A DNA stretch of 32,000 nt. It comes from Candidatus Saccharimonadota bacterium (GTDB lineage: Bacteria > Pseudomonadota > Gammaproteobacteria > Enterobacterales > Enterobacteriaceae). This document shows positions 30,204 through 32,000 of this stretch, piece by piece. The stretch lies in NCBI RefSeq assembly GCF_900128735.1, contig NZ_LT667503.1, forward strand, positions 240,001-272,000. Reading direction: 5' to 3'. The notes below the pieces were generated by a model. The model worked only from the letters and a program-made list of their open reading frames with translations. It did no database searches and was not told the DNA's origin. Position numbers and translations under genes: made by a program. Each line of letters begins with the position of its first letter. Positions within the stretch are counted from its first letter, which is position 1.

Positions 30204-30392
30204 ATGGCTGTTCAAAAAAGTAAACCAAGTAGATCTAAAAGAGGAATGAGACGATCTCATGATCATATATCATTAAAAAAATTATCTCAAGATAAAATAT
30301 CAGAAGAATTCCATATTCGTCATCATATTACTAAAACAGGTTTTTATAGAGGAAAAAAACAAAAAAACTTTATAAAAAATAAGATTACCTAA
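30204..30392 (+). CDS. rpmF: 50S ribosomal protein L32
   Basis: [20 protein letters not shown]... and ..[14 protein letters not shown] match E. coli L32 ([20 protein letters not shown]...LRHHITADGYYRGRK). Confidence 0.95.
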   Translation: MAVQKSKPSRSKRGMRRSHDHISLKKLSQDKISEEFHIRHHITKTGFYRGKKQKNFIKNKIT

Positions 30393-30534
30393 TAAAGTTA
30401 CTTCCAATTATTAATATAATTTTTTTCTAATTAAAAAATAATTTATATTAATTAATCAGTATATTAATACTATATATAAAATTTTCTTTTTATCATTTAT
30501 ATTAGTCTGAAAATCTTTTTAAATTTTATAAAAT

Positions 30535-31491
30535 ATGAAAAAATTTGCCATTATTTTTTCGGGACAAGGATTATATAATCCCAATATATTATTTTTATTA
30601 CTAAAAAAATATCCTATAATTAAAAGAACATTTCAAGAAGCGTCTGATTTTTTAAAATATGATATACTAAAAAAAATTCTTCAAGAGTATTATCCTAATA
30701 AAAAAAATCAGCTAGAATTTCAATATTTTATTTTAATATCTTCAGTAGCAATGTTTCGCATGTGGTTACAACAGTCATCTGATCTTTTTCCTAATATTAT
30801 GGCAGGTCATAGTATTGGTCAATATTCAGCATTAATATGTAATCATTCTATAAAATTTATAGATGGCTTAAAAATACTTAAAATACGTGATAAGATTATA
30901 AAATCTAAAAAAAAAAATAAAAAATATTTAACTTATGTCATAATTGGATTAAAATTACCAATAATAAAAAAAATTTGTCTATATGTGTCCGGATATAAAA
31001 AAAAAGTATTTGTTTCATGTATTAATACAGATATACAAACAGTTATAACCGGGCACAGTCTCGCGGTAATAAAAGCTAATAAAATATGTAAAAAACATGG
31101 CGCAAAACATATTATAAAATTACCTATTTATTTTAGTATGCACTGTCTGTTAATGAAAAAAATTTCAAAAATTTTTTCTTATCATTTAAATAAAATAAAA
31201 ATTTTATCAGGTCAATGCTCTATTATTGAAAATGTTAAAGCTTCTTTTTTGTTATCAAAAGAAGAAATATATCAAGCAATAATTAAACAATTTTATAAAC
31301 CAGTCAAGTGGACTAAAATTATTAAAAAAATTATTTCTAGTCAAATTAAATATTGTATAAATATTAATTTAAATAATACATTTAGAAATTCATATCTTTC
31401 GACTAAGAAATTAATCAATTTATCTATAAATTCAAAGGATTATCTTTTATCGACCATTGATATTATCAAGAATAATGAAAAAAAAAAATAA
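30535..31491 (+). CDS. fabD: malonyl-CoA-ACP transacylase
   Basis: 318 aa. FSGQG (E. coli FPGQGSQ), nucleophile elbow GHSIGQYSAL (GHSLGEYSAL), conserved Arg in IRDK (MRGK), His in SMHCLLM (PSHCALM). Highly divergent, K/I/N-rich, C-terminal GPG motif lost. Confidence 0.85.
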   Translation: MKKFAIIFSGQGLYNPNILFLLLKKYPIIKRTFQEASDFLKYDILKKILQEYYPNKKNQLEFQYFILISSVAMFRMWLQQSSDLFPNIMAGHSIGQYSALICNHSIKFIDGLKILKIRDKIIKSKKKNKKYLTYVIIGLKLPIIKKICLYVSGYKKKVFVSCINTDIQTVITGHSLAVIKANKICKKHGAKHIIKLPIYFSMHCLLMKKISKIFSYHLNKIKILSGQCSIIENVKASFLLSKEEIYQAIIKQFYKPVKWTKIIKKIISSQIKYCININLNNTFRNSYLSTKKLINLSINSKDYLLSTIDIIKNNEKKK

Positions 31492-32000
31492 AATTGCTTT
31501 AGTGACAGGAGCTAGTCGAGGAATAGGAAAAAATATAGCTTTACAATTAATAAAATTAGGCATCTATGTAATTGGAACCGCAAAAACTAATAAAGGAATC
31601 CAAATAATAAAAAGAATGTTGGATAAACAAGGTAGAGCGATTCAAGTAAATTTTTTAAATTATAATAATGCTCAAGTAACTATCCAAAATACTATGAAAG
31701 AAATAGGAAAAATAGATATTTTAATTCATAATTCAGGAATTATCAATGATAATTTATTAATGAATATGACTATAAAAGAATGGAATAATGTAATAACAGT
31801 TAACTTATGTTCAATATTTTGCCTTTCTAAAGTGATTTTACCATATATGCTGAAAAAAAAATTTGGACGTATTATTGTTATTAATTCAGTAATCGGATAT
31901 ATCGGACAAATTGGACAAACTAATTATGCTGCTTCTAAATTAGGACTAGTAGGATTTATAAAATCTCTAGCGCTAGAAGTAGCTTCTAGAAATATTACAG
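31475..32000 (+). CDS. fabG: 3-oxoacyl-ACP reductase FabG (5' portion; continues beyond the window)
   Basis: Not in the ORF track because it runs off the edge. ATG 31475 gives MKKKNKIALVTGASRGIGKNIA.. (E. coli ..GKIALVTGASRGIGRAIA). Later segments are DILI.NSGI, GRII.I.S..G, GQTNYAASK.GL.GF.KSLALEVASRNIT. It overlaps the fabD 3' end by 17 nt in another frame. Confidence 0.92.
   Translation, partial: MKKKNKIALVTGASRGIGKNIALQLIKLGIYVIGTAKTNKGIQIIKRMLDKQGRAIQVNFLNYNNAQVTIQNTMKEIGKIDILIHNSGIINDNLLMNMTIKEWNNVITVNLCSIFCLSKVILPYMLKKKFGRIIVINSVIGYIGQIGQTNYAASKLGLVGFIKSLALEVASRNIT

Noticed and set aside
1-32000. Search for CRISPR arrays, IS or transposase genes, phage or integrase genes, toxin-antitoxin or defence islands, or any novel multi-gene system
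   Set aside because: Every ORF of 60 aa or more is either a recognisable housekeeping, envelope or flagellar gene or an antisense shadow ORF. The spacers show no regularly spaced repeats. I found no evidence for an undescribed system here beyond the gene-decay phenomena reported.

Overview
This window is extremely A+T-rich (by eye about 80% or more). It contains no mobile elements. Gene content and order are tpiA-ihfB-rpsA-aroA-serC-serS / trxB-infA-aspS-yebC / pykA / htpX-tsaB / minE-minD-minC / rsmC / tRNA Ser-Cys-Leu / ompA-murJ / flgB..flgI / rluC-rpmF-fabD-fabG. This matches a strongly reduced insect-endosymbiont gammaproteobacterial chromosome, most like Buchnera aphidicola; the lineage call rests on remembered synteny, not a search. 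I support 27 protein-coding genes (fabG runs off the right edge), 3 tRNAs and 2 clear pseudogenes (flgC, flgG). By my coordinate tally about 8.4 kb (about 26%) is neither an intact gene nor a tRNA, mostly long nearly G+C-free spacers where enteric relatives carry genes. I found no CRISPR array, IS or phage element, toxin-antitoxin or defence locus, or novel multi-gene system. The points worth a second look all concern ongoing genome erosion. (1) The flagellar basal-body cluster alternates intact ORFs (flgB, flgF, flgH) with dead or truncated genes (flgC, flgG, flgI) and deleted ones (flgD/E, flgJ/K/L). (2) OmpA is reduced to its beta-barrel. (3) Gene-sized spacers sit at the cmk, flgA/M/N and rne positions. 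(4) The tRNA genes do not encode CCA, and one abuts a convergent CDS. (5) Many in-frame A10-A12 tracts occur in coding sequence. Several ORF-track 5' ends are over-extended; I give Shine-Dalgarno (SD)- and homology-supported starts.
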